Assembly (NCBI GenBank): GCA_963706325.1
Contig: CAVPLT010000007.1
Coordinates: forward strand, 768,001 to 832,000
Direction: 5' to 3'
DNA: 64,000 nucleotides
DNA from: an uncultured Nitrospiraceae bacterium
GTDB lineage: Bacteria; Nitrospirota; Nitrospiria; Nitrospirales; Nitrospiraceae
Shown: piece by piece, positions 50,268 to 60,364 of the stretch
Layout: each line of letters opens with the position of its first letter
Numbering within the stretch: the stretch's first letter is position 1
The notes under the pieces: model-generated
The model's database searches: none
What the model was told of the DNA's origin: nothing
The model's input: only the letters and a program-made list of their open reading frames with translations
Program-made: the position numbers and the translations under genes

Positions 50268-51371
50268 ATGCGTATCGGGATCGATGCGGCTTCGATCGTG
50301 GGAGACAAGGGCGGCGTCGGCTGGCATACGCATCATCTCCTACGGGCTCTGTTGGATCTGGAAGAGGAGACCGAGTATCTCGGATATCTCAGGCCCGGTT
50401 CTCTGCGAGCAGGCCGGCTCGATGGCTGGCCCGTGAACGATCGAATGCGTTGGGTGGAGTCGCCGCGGTGGCTGATGTCCTGGCGGGGAGCCTGGGATCG
50501 TCTCGATCTGTACCATGGTCCCAATTTCAAGATGGCCGCGACAGGACGGTCCGGCGGCATCGTCACCATTCACGATCTATGGCTTGCTCGTCATCCCGAA
50601 TATTCGCGGAAAGTGTTGGGACAGGCGGGATCGTCGCGGCGCGCGCGCGCCACGGCCTTGCAGGCACGGAAAGTCGTAACGGTTTCGGAGTTCTCGGCTC
50701 GGGAAATCGAGGCGCTCTACGGCGTTCCGCCTGAACAGGTGGTCGTCATTTATAATGGGGTTTCCGAGGAATTTGTGCCGGAGCACGATAAGCAGGTAGT
50801 GGCTGGCGTGCGACAACGTTGGGCGATTCCGGCAGCCGGGTTTATCCTGTTCGTCGGCGGCGCCGATCCGAGAAAAAACCACCGTGGCTTCCTGCAGGCG
50901 GTGGCGCGGTGGCGATCTCAATTGGGAGGACGAGCGCTCGTCCTCGTCGGTGACGCGGAGCATCCGCAGGGAAGCTACCGGGCCACCGCGCAGGCGCTGG
51001 GGTTAGAACAGGACATCCGTTGTACCGGGCGTCTCAACCGCGAAGATCTCCGTCGACTCTATTCCTGTGCCGATCTGTTTGTCTTTCCTTCATTGTATGA
51101 GGGATTCGGCATGCCGGTTCTAGAAGCCATGGCCTGTGGAGCCCCCACGATCACAGCCGCTACGTCCTCTCTGCCGGAAGTGGCTGGAGAGGCGGCAGTG
51201 TTGGTGGATCCCGAGGATGTTGAGGGTTTGGCTAACGCGATGGTGACGGTATTGTCCGATGCGTCTGTCCGACAGGGACTGCGACAGCGCGGATTCGATC
51301 GGGCGCGACTCTTTACCTGGCAGCGGGCTGCATTGCGTACGAGCGCTCTCTACCACGAGCTCTGCGCCTGA
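50268..51371 (+). CDS. Glycosyltransferase family 4 (mannosyltransferase-like)
   Basis: MRIGIDA, GVG, TIHDL, VSEFS, PRKN, FVFPSLYEGFGMPVLEAMACG.P, SSLPEVAG, FTW. Confidence 0.92.
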   Translation: MRIGIDAASIVGDKGGVGWHTHHLLRALLDLEEETEYLGYLRPGSLRAGRLDGWPVNDRMRWVESPRWLMSWRGAWDRLDLYHGPNFKMAATGRSGGIVTIHDLWLARHPEYSRKVLGQAGSSRRARATALQARKVVTVSEFSAREIEALYGVPPEQVVVIYNGVSEEFVPEHDKQVVAGVRQRWAIPAAGFILFVGGADPRKNHRGFLQAVARWRSQLGGRALVLVGDAEHPQGSYRATAQALGLEQDIRCTGRLNREDLRRLYSCADLFVFPSLYEGFGMPVLEAMACGAPTITAATSSLPEVAGEAAVLVDPEDVEGLANAMVTVLSDASVRQGLRQRGFDRARLFTWQRAALRTSALYHELCA

Positions 51372-51385
51372 GGATTATCGGCGGA

Positions 51386-52429
51386 ATGCATTATCGTAAT
51401 ATCCTGGTCATCAAGTTGCGGCACATCGGCGATGTGCTGCTTTCGACGCCCGTCCTGCGTGCCTTGCGGGACGCCTATCCCGACGCACAGTTGACTATGC
51501 TGGTCAACCGCGGGACCGAGGAGATCCTGGCGCACAATCCGGATGTGAATGAGGTGTTATGCCTCGAGAAGGGGAGTTGGGATGCTCAATGGAGCTTTGT
51601 GCAATCGTTGCGGCGTCGGGCATTCGATTGCGTGATCGACTTGACTGACGGCGATCGATCGGCCGTCATCAGTCTCGTGACCGGCGCGTCCATTCGTGTG
51701 GGTTTCAATGCCGAACATCGTTGGCGGGGAATCTTGTATAGCGCGGTGGCTACACCGCGTCCGACGGACCAGCATCGTGTGGAGTACGATCTCTGCGCCC
51801 TCCGGCATCTGGGCCTGGATCCGAAACCAGGCACACCGGTTCTGCATGTATCCCAGGGGGAGAATGTGGTGGTGGAGACGTGGCTGCGAGAGGCCGGCCT
51901 CACCACCTCGAAGGATGCCCCACCGTTGCTGTTGTTGCAACCAGGCGCGCGTTACTCCCTGAAGGTGTGGCCGCATGAACGGTTCGTTGAGCTGGCCGAT
52001 CGTCTCACCGACCGGTTCTCCTGTCGGATTCTGCTGGGCGGTGATCAGCGAGAGCGCGAGATTGCTGAGCAGATTGCCCGTAAAATGCGCGATGCGCCTA
52101 AGGTCGTGGCGGGGAGATTTTCACTGCTGCAGTTCGCCGCACTGGCGAAACACTGCGCATTGTTCATCGGGAACGACGGCGGCGCCATGCATATCGCGGC
52201 GGCGATGGGGACGCCGGTGGTGGCGCTCTTCGGGCCGACCTATCCTCGGCGATGGGGGCCCCGGGGCAGCCCGGCGCAGGTGATCTACAAGGGATTGGAT
52301 TGTCGTGCCTGTTACCATCCCGCATGCTTGCGCGGCGACGACAGCTGCATGCAGCAAATCACCGTGGACGAAGTGTTTGGGGCCGCCAGCCGGATGCTGG
52401 AGCGCACGCTTGCAGGGAGGAAGGCATGA
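51386..52429 (+). CDS. Heptosyltransferase (GT9, WaaQ/RfaQ-like)
   Basis: ILVIKLRHIGDVLL.TP, DLT.GDRSA, H.VE, K.WP, GNDGGAMHIAAA.GTP..ALFGP. Confidence 0.88.
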   Translation: MHYRNILVIKLRHIGDVLLSTPVLRALRDAYPDAQLTMLVNRGTEEILAHNPDVNEVLCLEKGSWDAQWSFVQSLRRRAFDCVIDLTDGDRSAVISLVTGASIRVGFNAEHRWRGILYSAVATPRPTDQHRVEYDLCALRHLGLDPKPGTPVLHVSQGENVVVETWLREAGLTTSKDAPPLLLLQPGARYSLKVWPHERFVELADRLTDRFSCRILLGGDQREREIAEQIARKMRDAPKVVAGRFSLLQFAALAKHCALFIGNDGGAMHIAAAMGTPVVALFGPTYPRRWGPRGSPAQVIYKGLDCRACYHPACLRGDDSCMQQITVDEVFGAASRMLERTLAGRKA

Positions 52430-53550
52430 GTGCTCAACCCATGTCAAAAATCCGTGTGCTTCACGTGACCAATAGGCTTGAGCTCGGTGGCACGGAGAAG
52501 ACCCTTCAGATTTTCTGCCAATACCTCGACAAGTCGCGATTCGAGGTGTTTGCCTGTGGGCGTACCGGCGGCGGTGTCCGTGCGGCGGAACTCGAACGAT
52601 TCGGCATTCCAGTCTTGATCCAGCCGCGCGATCTGACACAGCTCATACGCGAGTACAAGATCGATATCTGCCATGTTCATCGGGCCGGTACGTACGAACC
52701 AGGATCACTACCCGAGAAATACCCTGGCGGGCCTCGCATCGTGGAAACCAATGTGTTCCATGCGCTCGATGAGCGAGAAGGGGACCGTATCGACTGCCAC
52801 TGCTTTGTTTCCGAGAGTTCCAAATTCACCTATCTCCGTCGCTACGGAGAGCAAACCGGCAAGCGGTACGAGGTGCTGTATAACCCAGTGGATTTTTCAG
52901 CGTTGGGTTCGGGCGACAAACCGTTCAGCTTCACGATCGGGCGCTGCAGCCGGCCGGATGACCAGAAGTGGCATGATGTCTGTCTGAACAGTCTGCCGAA
53001 AATCTTTCGGAAAGTGCCCGAGGCGCGCTGCCTGATTCAAGGGGCGACGGAGCGAGTGAAAACAAAGCTCGCAGGGCTGGGCCTGAACGGTCGGATCGAG
53101 TTGTTCGAGCCATCCGTACAGGTGGGGGATTTCTATCGGCGTCTCGATATCTTTATTCACGGCTCGCGGATCGGGGAGACGTTCGGGTGTGTCATCGCCG
53201 AAGCCATGGCCTGTGGGATTCCTGTCGTAACCCTCAGTACACCCCAGCGGAAGAAGGCGAATGCCCAGGCAGAACTGGTGGAGCACAATGTGACCGGCTT
53301 TGTCTGTCGCTGGCAATGGCAGTACGCGGGGGCAGTGATCGAGCTGTTACAGAATAAAGAGTTGCGGACCACCTTTGGCCGACGAAGTTATGAGAAAGCT
53401 CGCGAACAGTTTGATGCATCTATGCTGACAAAGAAGTTGGAACAACTGTACCTGGATCTGATGGATACGCCCCGTAGCGAGAGGGAGAACGCACCGGAGA
53501 TCTTACGTCCGTGGACTGGAGAAGGCCGGTTGTGGGAAAGGGTTGGCTGA
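52426..53550 (+). CDS. Glycosyltransferase family 4
   Basis: VLHV...L..GGTEK, GR.SR.D..KW, ETFG.VIAEAMA.G.PVV, E.VEH..TGF. ATGA overlap with the upstream gene. Confidence 0.88.
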   Translation: MSAQPMSKIRVLHVTNRLELGGTEKTLQIFCQYLDKSRFEVFACGRTGGGVRAAELERFGIPVLIQPRDLTQLIREYKIDICHVHRAGTYEPGSLPEKYPGGPRIVETNVFHALDEREGDRIDCHCFVSESSKFTYLRRYGEQTGKRYEVLYNPVDFSALGSGDKPFSFTIGRCSRPDDQKWHDVCLNSLPKIFRKVPEARCLIQGATERVKTKLAGLGLNGRIELFEPSVQVGDFYRRLDIFIHGSRIGETFGCVIAEAMACGIPVVTLSTPQRKKANAQAELVEHNVTGFVCRWQWQYAGAVIELLQNKELRTTFGRRSYEKAREQFDASMLTKKLEQLYLDLMDTPRSERENAPEILRPWTGEGRLWERVG

Positions 53551-53552
53551 TC

Positions 53553-54035
53553 GTGGTTGTCATCGACCTTGGTTGCGGGAAAAGTAAGCGACGGGAGGCA
53601 TTCGGCTTTGACTGCCGGAAGGAGCTGGGCGTGAATGCCCTGTGCGACATCGAACGGCCGCTGCCGCTGAAAAGCAATTGCGCCGATGTCGTCCACTTGA
53701 GCCATGTCATGGAACACGTTCGCAATCTGATCCCGTTCATGGAGGAAGTCTATCGCATTTGCAAGTCGGGAGCGGAAATCCAGGTTACGGTTCCCTACTA
53801 TACGTCGCGTGGGGCGTTTCGCGATCCGACCCACGTTCGATACATCGCCGAAGATACCTTCCAATATTTCGAACAACCGACCGACTACGGGTGCAGACCA
53901 ATTTTCGCATCGAAGCTATTCACTAGCATACGCGCAAACCCTTTCGATAATTGCCAGAGTATGTGCGCAAACGTTGCTCGAATCATCTGTTGAACGTGGT
54001 GGAGAACATCCACGTACTGCTCCGGGTAGTGAAAT
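53553..54035 (+). pseudogene. Class I SAM-dependent methyltransferase, frameshifted with two in-frame stops
   Basis: IDLGCG, SHVMEH, EEVYR, AFRDPTH. After DYG (GGG 53889-53891) the plausible continuation VQTNFRIEAIH*HTRKPFR*LPEYVRKR...NVVEN..V.LRVVK is in the -1 frame with TAG 53924-53926 and TAA 53948-53950. Confidence 0.75.
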
Positions 54036-54070
54036 CCCAGACGACTTGGCCATCCCGCCAAACGATCCGC

Positions 54071-55150
54071 ATGAAGGTCCTCTATCTGACAGATCCGGAA
54101 CTCGACTATCTGGCCGATCAGGTTTACGACGGGCTCTGTGCCATCTTAGGGTGGCAGAATGTCTTTGACTTCCCGCGGAAAGCAGCGTACCACGACCCCG
54201 AAGCGCGCGTGGGCTATCTCGGTCAGAATCCGGGGCACAGCTATGGATTGGAGGATTTCGCCGGGATGATCCGCGAACGCCAAGTTGATCTGGCGATACT
54301 GTCCTCTCCCCGGCGTGGAGTGGTGGAGGCTTGCCGCGCACTTGCGGCGCGAGTCGAGCTTACCCCCGTGGTGTTACTGGACGGGGAGGACGACAGCCGG
54401 ATTCGTGAGGATCTTTTCCGGTCTGTCGGAGCGGCATTGTACTTCAAGCGCGAATTTCCCATTGGCGTCAGAAGGCGGGGCGGACCCTGGTTCACATCCG
54501 GTGGGCGATCCGACTCGACCGATCTTATCGGCCGGACGTATCCGCTACCGTTTTCAGTCACGGGCGCTGCGCTGGCAATCGCGCCGGATGTTCCCAGAGA
54601 TGTCGACATTTCATTTGTCGGAAGAGCCTCCCATCACAAACGTGTGAGAGCGGTCAGGCTGCTGAAAGAGGCCACGGATCTTCGTTTCGAGGGTGGGGTC
54701 TATGTGAATTCAACTGACCGGTCTTCGAAGGTCGCGGAGTCCTGGGTTGGGGCTATGGCGGCGAAGCTGATAGGAGACCCGCCCGCCAGGGGATCGATTC
54801 AAAAGATACAGCCTGAGGAGTATCGCGCATTGCTCCACCGGTCAAAAATGGCGTTGTCGGTACGGGGAGGGGGTTTCGACACCGTTCGCTACTGGGAAAT
54901 TCCGGCCTCTGGGGCGTTGCTCATTTCGGAGAGGCCCGATATCGTGATTCCTCATAATTTCGAGCACGGCGTCCATGCAATTTTTTGCCGGCCCGATTTG
55001 CAGGATCTCCCGGGATGGGTGCGACAGCTGCGGGACGATAAGCCCGAGCGGACACGGATGGCGGAGGCGGCCCACCGACACCTGCTGGCCTTCCACACGT
55101 CGGAACACCGGGCGACATATTTGCTCGATCTCTGCCGACGGTTGCTATGA
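54071..55150 (+). CDS. Glycosyltransferase (Glyco_trans_1_2/CgeB-like C-terminal domain)
   Basis: LLDGED, YFKRE, PLPF, DISFVG, Y..LL.RSK.ALS..GGGFDT.RYWEI.A.G..L, HT..HRA. Start ATG 54071. Confidence 0.8.
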   Translation: MKVLYLTDPELDYLADQVYDGLCAILGWQNVFDFPRKAAYHDPEARVGYLGQNPGHSYGLEDFAGMIRERQVDLAILSSPRRGVVEACRALAARVELTPVVLLDGEDDSRIREDLFRSVGAALYFKREFPIGVRRRGGPWFTSGGRSDSTDLIGRTYPLPFSVTGAALAIAPDVPRDVDISFVGRASHHKRVRAVRLLKEATDLRFEGGVYVNSTDRSSKVAESWVGAMAAKLIGDPPARGSIQKIQPEEYRALLHRSKMALSVRGGGFDTVRYWEIPASGALLISERPDIVIPHNFEHGVHAIFCRPDLQDLPGWVRQLRDDKPERTRMAEAAHRHLLAFHTSEHRATYLLDLCRRLL

Positions 55151-55160
55151 GGATGTTCCG

Positions 55161-55952
55161 ATGAAATCAGTGAGCCTGGTCATCGCACTCTACAATCAGG
55201 TCGATTATACCCGCCGTTGTATCGCATCGATTATGGAGTGTACCCCGCGTCCGTTCGAATTGATTCTCATCGATAACGGATGCGTGGATGGCACTGCTGA
55301 ATACTTGCGCACCGTCGACGCCACTGTCATCACTAACGACACGAACCTCGGCTGTGCCAAGGCCTGGAATCAGGGCATTCGCGCCAGTCGCGGGCAGATC
55401 GTCGGCATCCTGAACAACGATATCGTGGTGACGCCGGCTTGGATCGAGAGGCTCTGTGCTTTCATGGAACGGGGACAGTATGGAATTGTTTGTCCCTCTG
55501 CTCGCGAAGGTCTTCTCGACTATGATCTACAGGCCTACGCCTGCGACTTTACGAGTGCCTGTGCCGAGGCGGTTCGTGAGGATCTCTACGCTCCCTGCAT
55601 GCTGATCCATCGGGGCGTGTTCGATCGCATCGGTTTATTCGACGACGTGTTCTCCTACGGAGGCTGCGAAGACACCGATTTTCGCTGGCGGACGGAGCAG
55701 GCGGGCTTCAGAGTCGCGATGACGGGAGCCGTCCTGATTCACCATTTTTCGATGGTGACGCAGAACTCGATCAAGCGCACGGAGACGGATCAATATTGGA
55801 ACCACAACATGGCGCACTTTCGGAAGAAATGGGGGCGAACTATTCGAGGGAACTGGTTCGAACGGCGATGGACCGATTTAAGAAACAAGTGGGTGAAGGG
55901 ATATGAGCGGTTCCGCTTCGGTCATACGCTGGTCGAAAAGCCCTTTCAATGA
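55161..55952 (+). CDS. Glycosyltransferase family 2
   Basis: VSLVI..YNQ, ELILIDNG..DGT, N.G.AKA.NQG, LNND, IG.FD, EDTD. Confidence 0.9.
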   Translation: MKSVSLVIALYNQVDYTRRCIASIMECTPRPFELILIDNGCVDGTAEYLRTVDATVITNDTNLGCAKAWNQGIRASRGQIVGILNNDIVVTPAWIERLCAFMERGQYGIVCPSAREGLLDYDLQAYACDFTSACAEAVREDLYAPCMLIHRGVFDRIGLFDDVFSYGGCEDTDFRWRTEQAGFRVAMTGAVLIHHFSMVTQNSIKRTETDQYWNHNMAHFRKKWGRTIRGNWFERRWTDLRNKWVKGYERFRFGHTLVEKPFQ

Positions 55953-56039
55953 GCCCACAGGCGGCGTCTCTGGGTCTCATGCAACCGGCCGGTTGCCGTG
56001 CGGCGCGTCCTGCGTGACGACTCGACGAAGACGTAAGCC

Positions 56040-57122
56040 ATGAGAATTGCGATTGCCGCATGGCATCTCAAGAATCCACATGTCGGAATCGGACGGTACG
56101 CTCGAGAATTGATCGAAGCCTTAGGGCGCGTCGATCATACAAATCAGTACGAGGTGCTGCTTCCTTGCGCGGAACATCCGTTTACTCCTCGTCCAAACAT
56201 GCAGTTTCGCGTCGTTCGCTTTCCGCTGTTCCGTCGCCGATTCTGGGAGCAGGTCGCACCGCTGTTGGTCGGCCCATACGATGTACTGCATTTCCCATAC
56301 GATTCCTGTGTGGCATGGAAGCGCGGGAAGTTCGTCTCTACCATCCATGATGTCAAGCCATTGCTGTTTCCGGAGCTGCGTGCCCGCACGAGCCTGAATC
56401 GCCGAATCGAGCGGTGGCTGGTCGGGGATCGATGGAAGACGATCGACCATGTCATCACCATCTCCGAACATTCACGACAAGATCTCTTGCGGCACGTGCC
56501 GCTCCGTTCCGACCAGGTGACGGTGACTCCACTGGGCCTCGATACCGAGCGTTTTCGACCTGCCGATCACCGTCAGGGAGGACGCCCCTACGTATTCTGT
56601 GTAGCCGGCGCCGACCCGACAAAAAACGTCGGCTGTCTCGTGGAAGCGTATGCAAAGCTGTCCAAAGGACTTCGCGGTCGCTTCGATCTTGTACTCGCCG
56701 GGGATGTGTGTAAACGGACGGATATTCGAGCGGCCATCGATCGCCTGGGTATCGGCGCGCGGAGCAAACTCATCGGACGGGTATCGGACGAGGAGCTTAT
56801 TGCCTACTATCAGCAAGCTACGGTGTTTGTGTTTCCCTCGCTGTATGAAGGCTTCGGTCTGCCTGTGTTGGAGGCGATGGGTTGCGGTTGTCCCGTGATC
56901 TGTTCAAGTCTGTCCTCGTTGCCTGAGGTGGCCGGCGATGCTGCGTTACTGATCGATCCCAAAGACAGCGGACAACTCGCCGCTGATCTGTCCCGTGTCC
57001 TGGAGTCGCCTGCGCTGCAGGGTGAATTGAGGGCTAGGGGTGTGGCGAGAGCAGGCCAATTCTCCTGGGACCGCACCGCCTCTGCCACGGTGGAAGTCTA
57101 TCAGCGTCTGGCCGGCCCATAG
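56040..57122 (+). CDS. Glycosyltransferase family 4 (mannosyltransferase-like)
   Basis: GIGRY, TIHD, ISE.S..D, KN, FVFPSLYEGFGLPVLEAM.CG.PV, SSLPEVAGD, FSW. Confidence 0.92.
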   Translation: MRIAIAAWHLKNPHVGIGRYARELIEALGRVDHTNQYEVLLPCAEHPFTPRPNMQFRVVRFPLFRRRFWEQVAPLLVGPYDVLHFPYDSCVAWKRGKFVSTIHDVKPLLFPELRARTSLNRRIERWLVGDRWKTIDHVITISEHSRQDLLRHVPLRSDQVTVTPLGLDTERFRPADHRQGGRPYVFCVAGADPTKNVGCLVEAYAKLSKGLRGRFDLVLAGDVCKRTDIRAAIDRLGIGARSKLIGRVSDEELIAYYQQATVFVFPSLYEGFGLPVLEAMGCGCPVICSSLSSLPEVAGDAALLIDPKDSGQLAADLSRVLESPALQGELRARGVARAGQFSWDRTASATVEVYQRLAGP

Positions 57123-57251
57123 ACTGCCACCTATCGTTTGATGTCCATCCGTTGTGTCGGTGAAGCCGCAACATGCTTATTACTCGACAGAGCGGCGCGC
57201 CTGTGTTGTCATTTGTCGTCCTCTGTCTGTGGTCCGCAGGTGACGAAATAA

Positions 57252-58454
57252 ATGAACGAAAAGACCTGTGATTTTCTCATTGTCGGGGCCGGAGTGATCG
57301 GGGTTTCCATGGCCAGGGAGATCAAGCGTCGGTATGGCGCTACGGTCGTGGTGTTGGAAAAGGAGGCCACGGCTGCTTTGCATGCCAGCGGCCGCAACAG
57401 CGGCGTGCTGCATGCGGGCGTCTATTACAAGGCGGGGACGCTCAAAGCCAGATTGTGCGTGGAGGGCAACCGGCGCTTACGGGCCTATTGTCAGGAAAAG
57501 GCCATTATGCTCAACGATCATGGCAAGGTGATTGTCGCGCGGACGGAAGCGGAGTTGCCCGCATTACGCGAGTTGCATGCACGATCTCAGTCCAATGGAG
57601 TGCGTGCGAGCCTGCTTGATCCGCAGGCGCTGAAAGAGGTCGAGCCCTGTGCCAAAACGGTCCAACAGGCCTTGTATGTGAAAGACACGGCGGTGGTGAA
57701 TCCTCAGCATGTCATGGCTGCCATGGTGGCCGATGCCGAGCGCGAGGGAGTGCAGTTCTGGTTCGGCTGTGCCTGGCAAGGGCGCGAGGGCGAGGCGACA
57801 GTAAGAACCACTCGCGGCGATGTGTCGTACGGCCATCTGGTAAATTGCGCGGGACTGTTTGCCGATCGTCTCGCACAGGCTTATGGGGTTGGGCAACACT
57901 TCAGAATTTTACCCTTTCGCGGGCAGTTTTTTCGGCTGCGTCCAGAATCCAAACTGCAGGTTCGGGGCAACATTTATCCGGTGCCGGATCTACGGAATCC
58001 CTTTCTGGGGGTCCACTTTACGCGGAGGCCGGAAGGCGACGTCACGATCGGCCCATCGGCCCTTCCGCTGCTGGGGCGCGAGCAGTATCAGGGCATGACG
58101 GGTGCGACGTTCGGCGATAGTCTGACGATGCTGACCTATCTGATGCGACTCTTTGGTCGCAATCGCGACCATTTTCGCTCGATCGCTTGGACGGAGATGG
58201 TGAAACTCACGCGCACGGGGTTTTTTCGTGAGGCCGAAGCGTTGGGAGTGGGATTCGAGAAAGCGGATCTGCTGCCGGGTAAAGAGCCCGGCATCCGGGC
58301 ACAATTGATTGATATCAGATCGGCGGAGCTCGTGAGTGATTTTGTCATCGAGCCAGGGCCTCGGTCGACTCACGTGTTGAATGCGGTTTCGCCGGCCTTC
58401 ACCGCCTCGCTCCCTTTTGCCGAGCATGTCGTCGACAACATGGACGTTGAATAG
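57252..58454 (+). CDS. lhgO: L-2-hydroxyglutarate oxidase family FAD-dependent oxidoreductase
   Basis: GAGVIG, HASGRNSGVLHAG.YY..G.LKA, NCAGL.AD, PFRG, IYPVPD..NPFLGVHFT, GIRAQ, DF, HVLNA.SPA.T.S. Confidence 0.87.
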   Translation: MNEKTCDFLIVGAGVIGVSMAREIKRRYGATVVVLEKEATAALHASGRNSGVLHAGVYYKAGTLKARLCVEGNRRLRAYCQEKAIMLNDHGKVIVARTEAELPALRELHARSQSNGVRASLLDPQALKEVEPCAKTVQQALYVKDTAVVNPQHVMAAMVADAEREGVQFWFGCAWQGREGEATVRTTRGDVSYGHLVNCAGLFADRLAQAYGVGQHFRILPFRGQFFRLRPESKLQVRGNIYPVPDLRNPFLGVHFTRRPEGDVTIGPSALPLLGREQYQGMTGATFGDSLTMLTYLMRLFGRNRDHFRSIAWTEMVKLTRTGFFREAEALGVGFEKADLLPGKEPGIRAQLIDIRSAELVSDFVIEPGPRSTHVLNAVSPAFTASLPFAEHVVDNMDVE

Positions 58455-58599
58455 ATTCCTGTGGACCATGCTCGAATTTTCTGGTCTGACTCCCGGTGAA
58501 ACGCTAAGATGCAGTCGTCTGATGGTCGGTCATGACTGCCGTGCGATAATATAGAAATGCTCGTCTGATCTACTCATACTGTTGCGTTGGGGGTGCCGG

Positions 58600-59334
58600 A
58601 TGAAGGGTGTCGTGCTTGCCGGAGGCCTTGGTTCTCGACTGCTTCCTCTTACTAAAGTGACGAATAAACATCTGTTGCCGGTCTATGACAAGCCGATGAT
58701 CTATTACCCGATTCAAACGCTCGTGAACGCCGGCATCACGGAAGTCATGCTGGTGACTGGCGGCAACAGCGCAGGGGATTTTCTCAAGTTGCTGGGGAAC
58801 GGCAAGGATTTCGGGCTCAAGCATTTGAGTTATACCTACCAGCAGGGCGAAGGTGGCATCGCTGATGCCTTGCGTTTGGCGGAGCATTTTGCGGACGAGG
58901 GGCCAATCTGTGTCGTGCTGGGAGACAACCTGATTCAGGGCAATATCGCCAAGGCGGCCGCAGCGTTTCGCGCGCAACAAACCGGCGCCAAGATTCTGCT
59001 GAAGGAAGTGAAGGATCCCCAGCGGTTCGGGGTACCCCATCTCCAGGGCGACCGGGTGCTGAGCATTGAGGAGAAGCCGGCGCAACCGCGCTCGTCCTAT
59101 GCGGTGACCGGGATCTATTTTTACGATGCGCGGGTGTTCGAGATTACCCGGACGCTCAAGCCGTCCGGCCGCGGCGAACTGGAAATTACGGATGTCAACA
59201 ATGCGTACATTGCGTCCGGCGCATTGACGTGGAATGTGTTGGATGGCTGGTGGACCGATGCCGGCACGATCGAGTCGCTCCTCGCAGCCAATCAACTGGT
59301 AGCTCAGACAGGAGCGAATAGGATGGAGTTCTAG
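58600..59334 (+). CDS. rmlA: Glucose-1-phosphate thymidylyltransferase (short RmlA/SpsI type)
   Basis: MKGVVLAGGLGSRL.PLT...NKHLLPVYDKPMIYYP, LGDN, EEKP, PS.RGELEITD, W.DAGT.ESL. Confidence 0.92.
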   Translation: MKGVVLAGGLGSRLLPLTKVTNKHLLPVYDKPMIYYPIQTLVNAGITEVMLVTGGNSAGDFLKLLGNGKDFGLKHLSYTYQQGEGGIADALRLAEHFADEGPICVVLGDNLIQGNIAKAAAAFRAQQTGAKILLKEVKDPQRFGVPHLQGDRVLSIEEKPAQPRSSYAVTGIYFYDARVFEITRTLKPSGRGELEITDVNNAYIASGALTWNVLDGWWTDAGTIESLLAANQLVAQTGANRMEF

Positions 59335-59335
59335 C

Positions 59336-60364
59336 ATGCGTATTCTCGTGACGGGCGGCGCGGGCTTCATTGGGTCCCATTTGGTACGCCGACTGATTCA
59401 GACCGGACGCCATGCGGTCGTGAATCTCGACGCGCTCAAGTATTCCGGCAATCTTGAGAATCTTACGGACTTGGTCGGTCATCCAGACTATACCTTCGCG
59501 CATGGCGATATCTGCGATCAGCCGTTGGTGCATGGGATACTGAAAGAGCACCGGATCGAAGGTATCATCAATTGCGCCGCGGAGACCCATGTCGATCGCT
59601 CGATCCTTGATCCGGGGGCATTTGCCCGCACGGATGTAGTCGGCACCGGTGTGTTATTGGAGGAGGCTCGCCAGGCCGGTATCCGGCGCTTTCTGCAAGT
59701 CAGCACCGATGAAGTATATGGAAGTGTGGAGCAGGGGAGTTCCACAGAGGAAGACCGGCTGGAGCCGCGGAGCCCCTATTCGGCGAGCAAGGCGGGCGGG
59801 GAACTGTTGGTCATGAGTTATTGGACCACCTACAGGTTTCCTGTTGTCGTTACGCGCGGCAGCAATACGTATGGTCCGAATCAGTATCCCGAGAAATTTA
59901 TTCCCCTGTTTGTGACGAACGCGATCGATGGCGAGGCACTCCCGCTCTACGGCGACGGCAAGCACTGTCGGGATTGGCTCTCGGTCTATGATCATGTGGC
60001 GGGTATCGAGCATGTGTTTGATCACGGCCAACCGGGGGAAATCTACAACCTCGGCGGAGGGAACGAACGCGAGAACGTGACTGTGGCCGAACAGATCGTG
60101 ACGACGCTGGGCCAATCGCGCGCCCTTATCCGCTTTGTGGAGGATCGGCCGGGGCATGATCGTCGATATGCGGTCGATTGCCGCCGGTTGCGCGCATTGG
60201 GATGGGAGCCGAAGGTGCGGTTCGAAGAAGGATTGAAGCAGACCGTCGAATGGTATCGCACGCATGAGAGCTGGTGGCGAACGATCAAGTCCGGTGAGTT
60301 CAAGGCATACTATCAGCAGCAGTATGCGAAACGGTTGCAAAAGGGAACGGCGTGCGGATCGTAA
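59336..60364 (+). CDS. rmlB: dTDP-glucose 4,6-dehydratase
   Basis: VTGGAGFIGS, AAETHVDRSI, VSTDEVYG, SPYSASKA, GP.QYPEK.IP, DRPGHDRRY. Confidence 0.96.
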   Translation: MRILVTGGAGFIGSHLVRRLIQTGRHAVVNLDALKYSGNLENLTDLVGHPDYTFAHGDICDQPLVHGILKEHRIEGIINCAAETHVDRSILDPGAFARTDVVGTGVLLEEARQAGIRRFLQVSTDEVYGSVEQGSSTEEDRLEPRSPYSASKAGGELLVMSYWTTYRFPVVVTRGSNTYGPNQYPEKFIPLFVTNAIDGEALPLYGDGKHCRDWLSVYDHVAGIEHVFDHGQPGEIYNLGGGNERENVTVAEQIVTTLGQSRALIRFVEDRPGHDRRYAVDCRRLRALGWEPKVRFEEGLKQTVEWYRTHESWWRTIKSGEFKAYYQQQYAKRLQKGTACGS

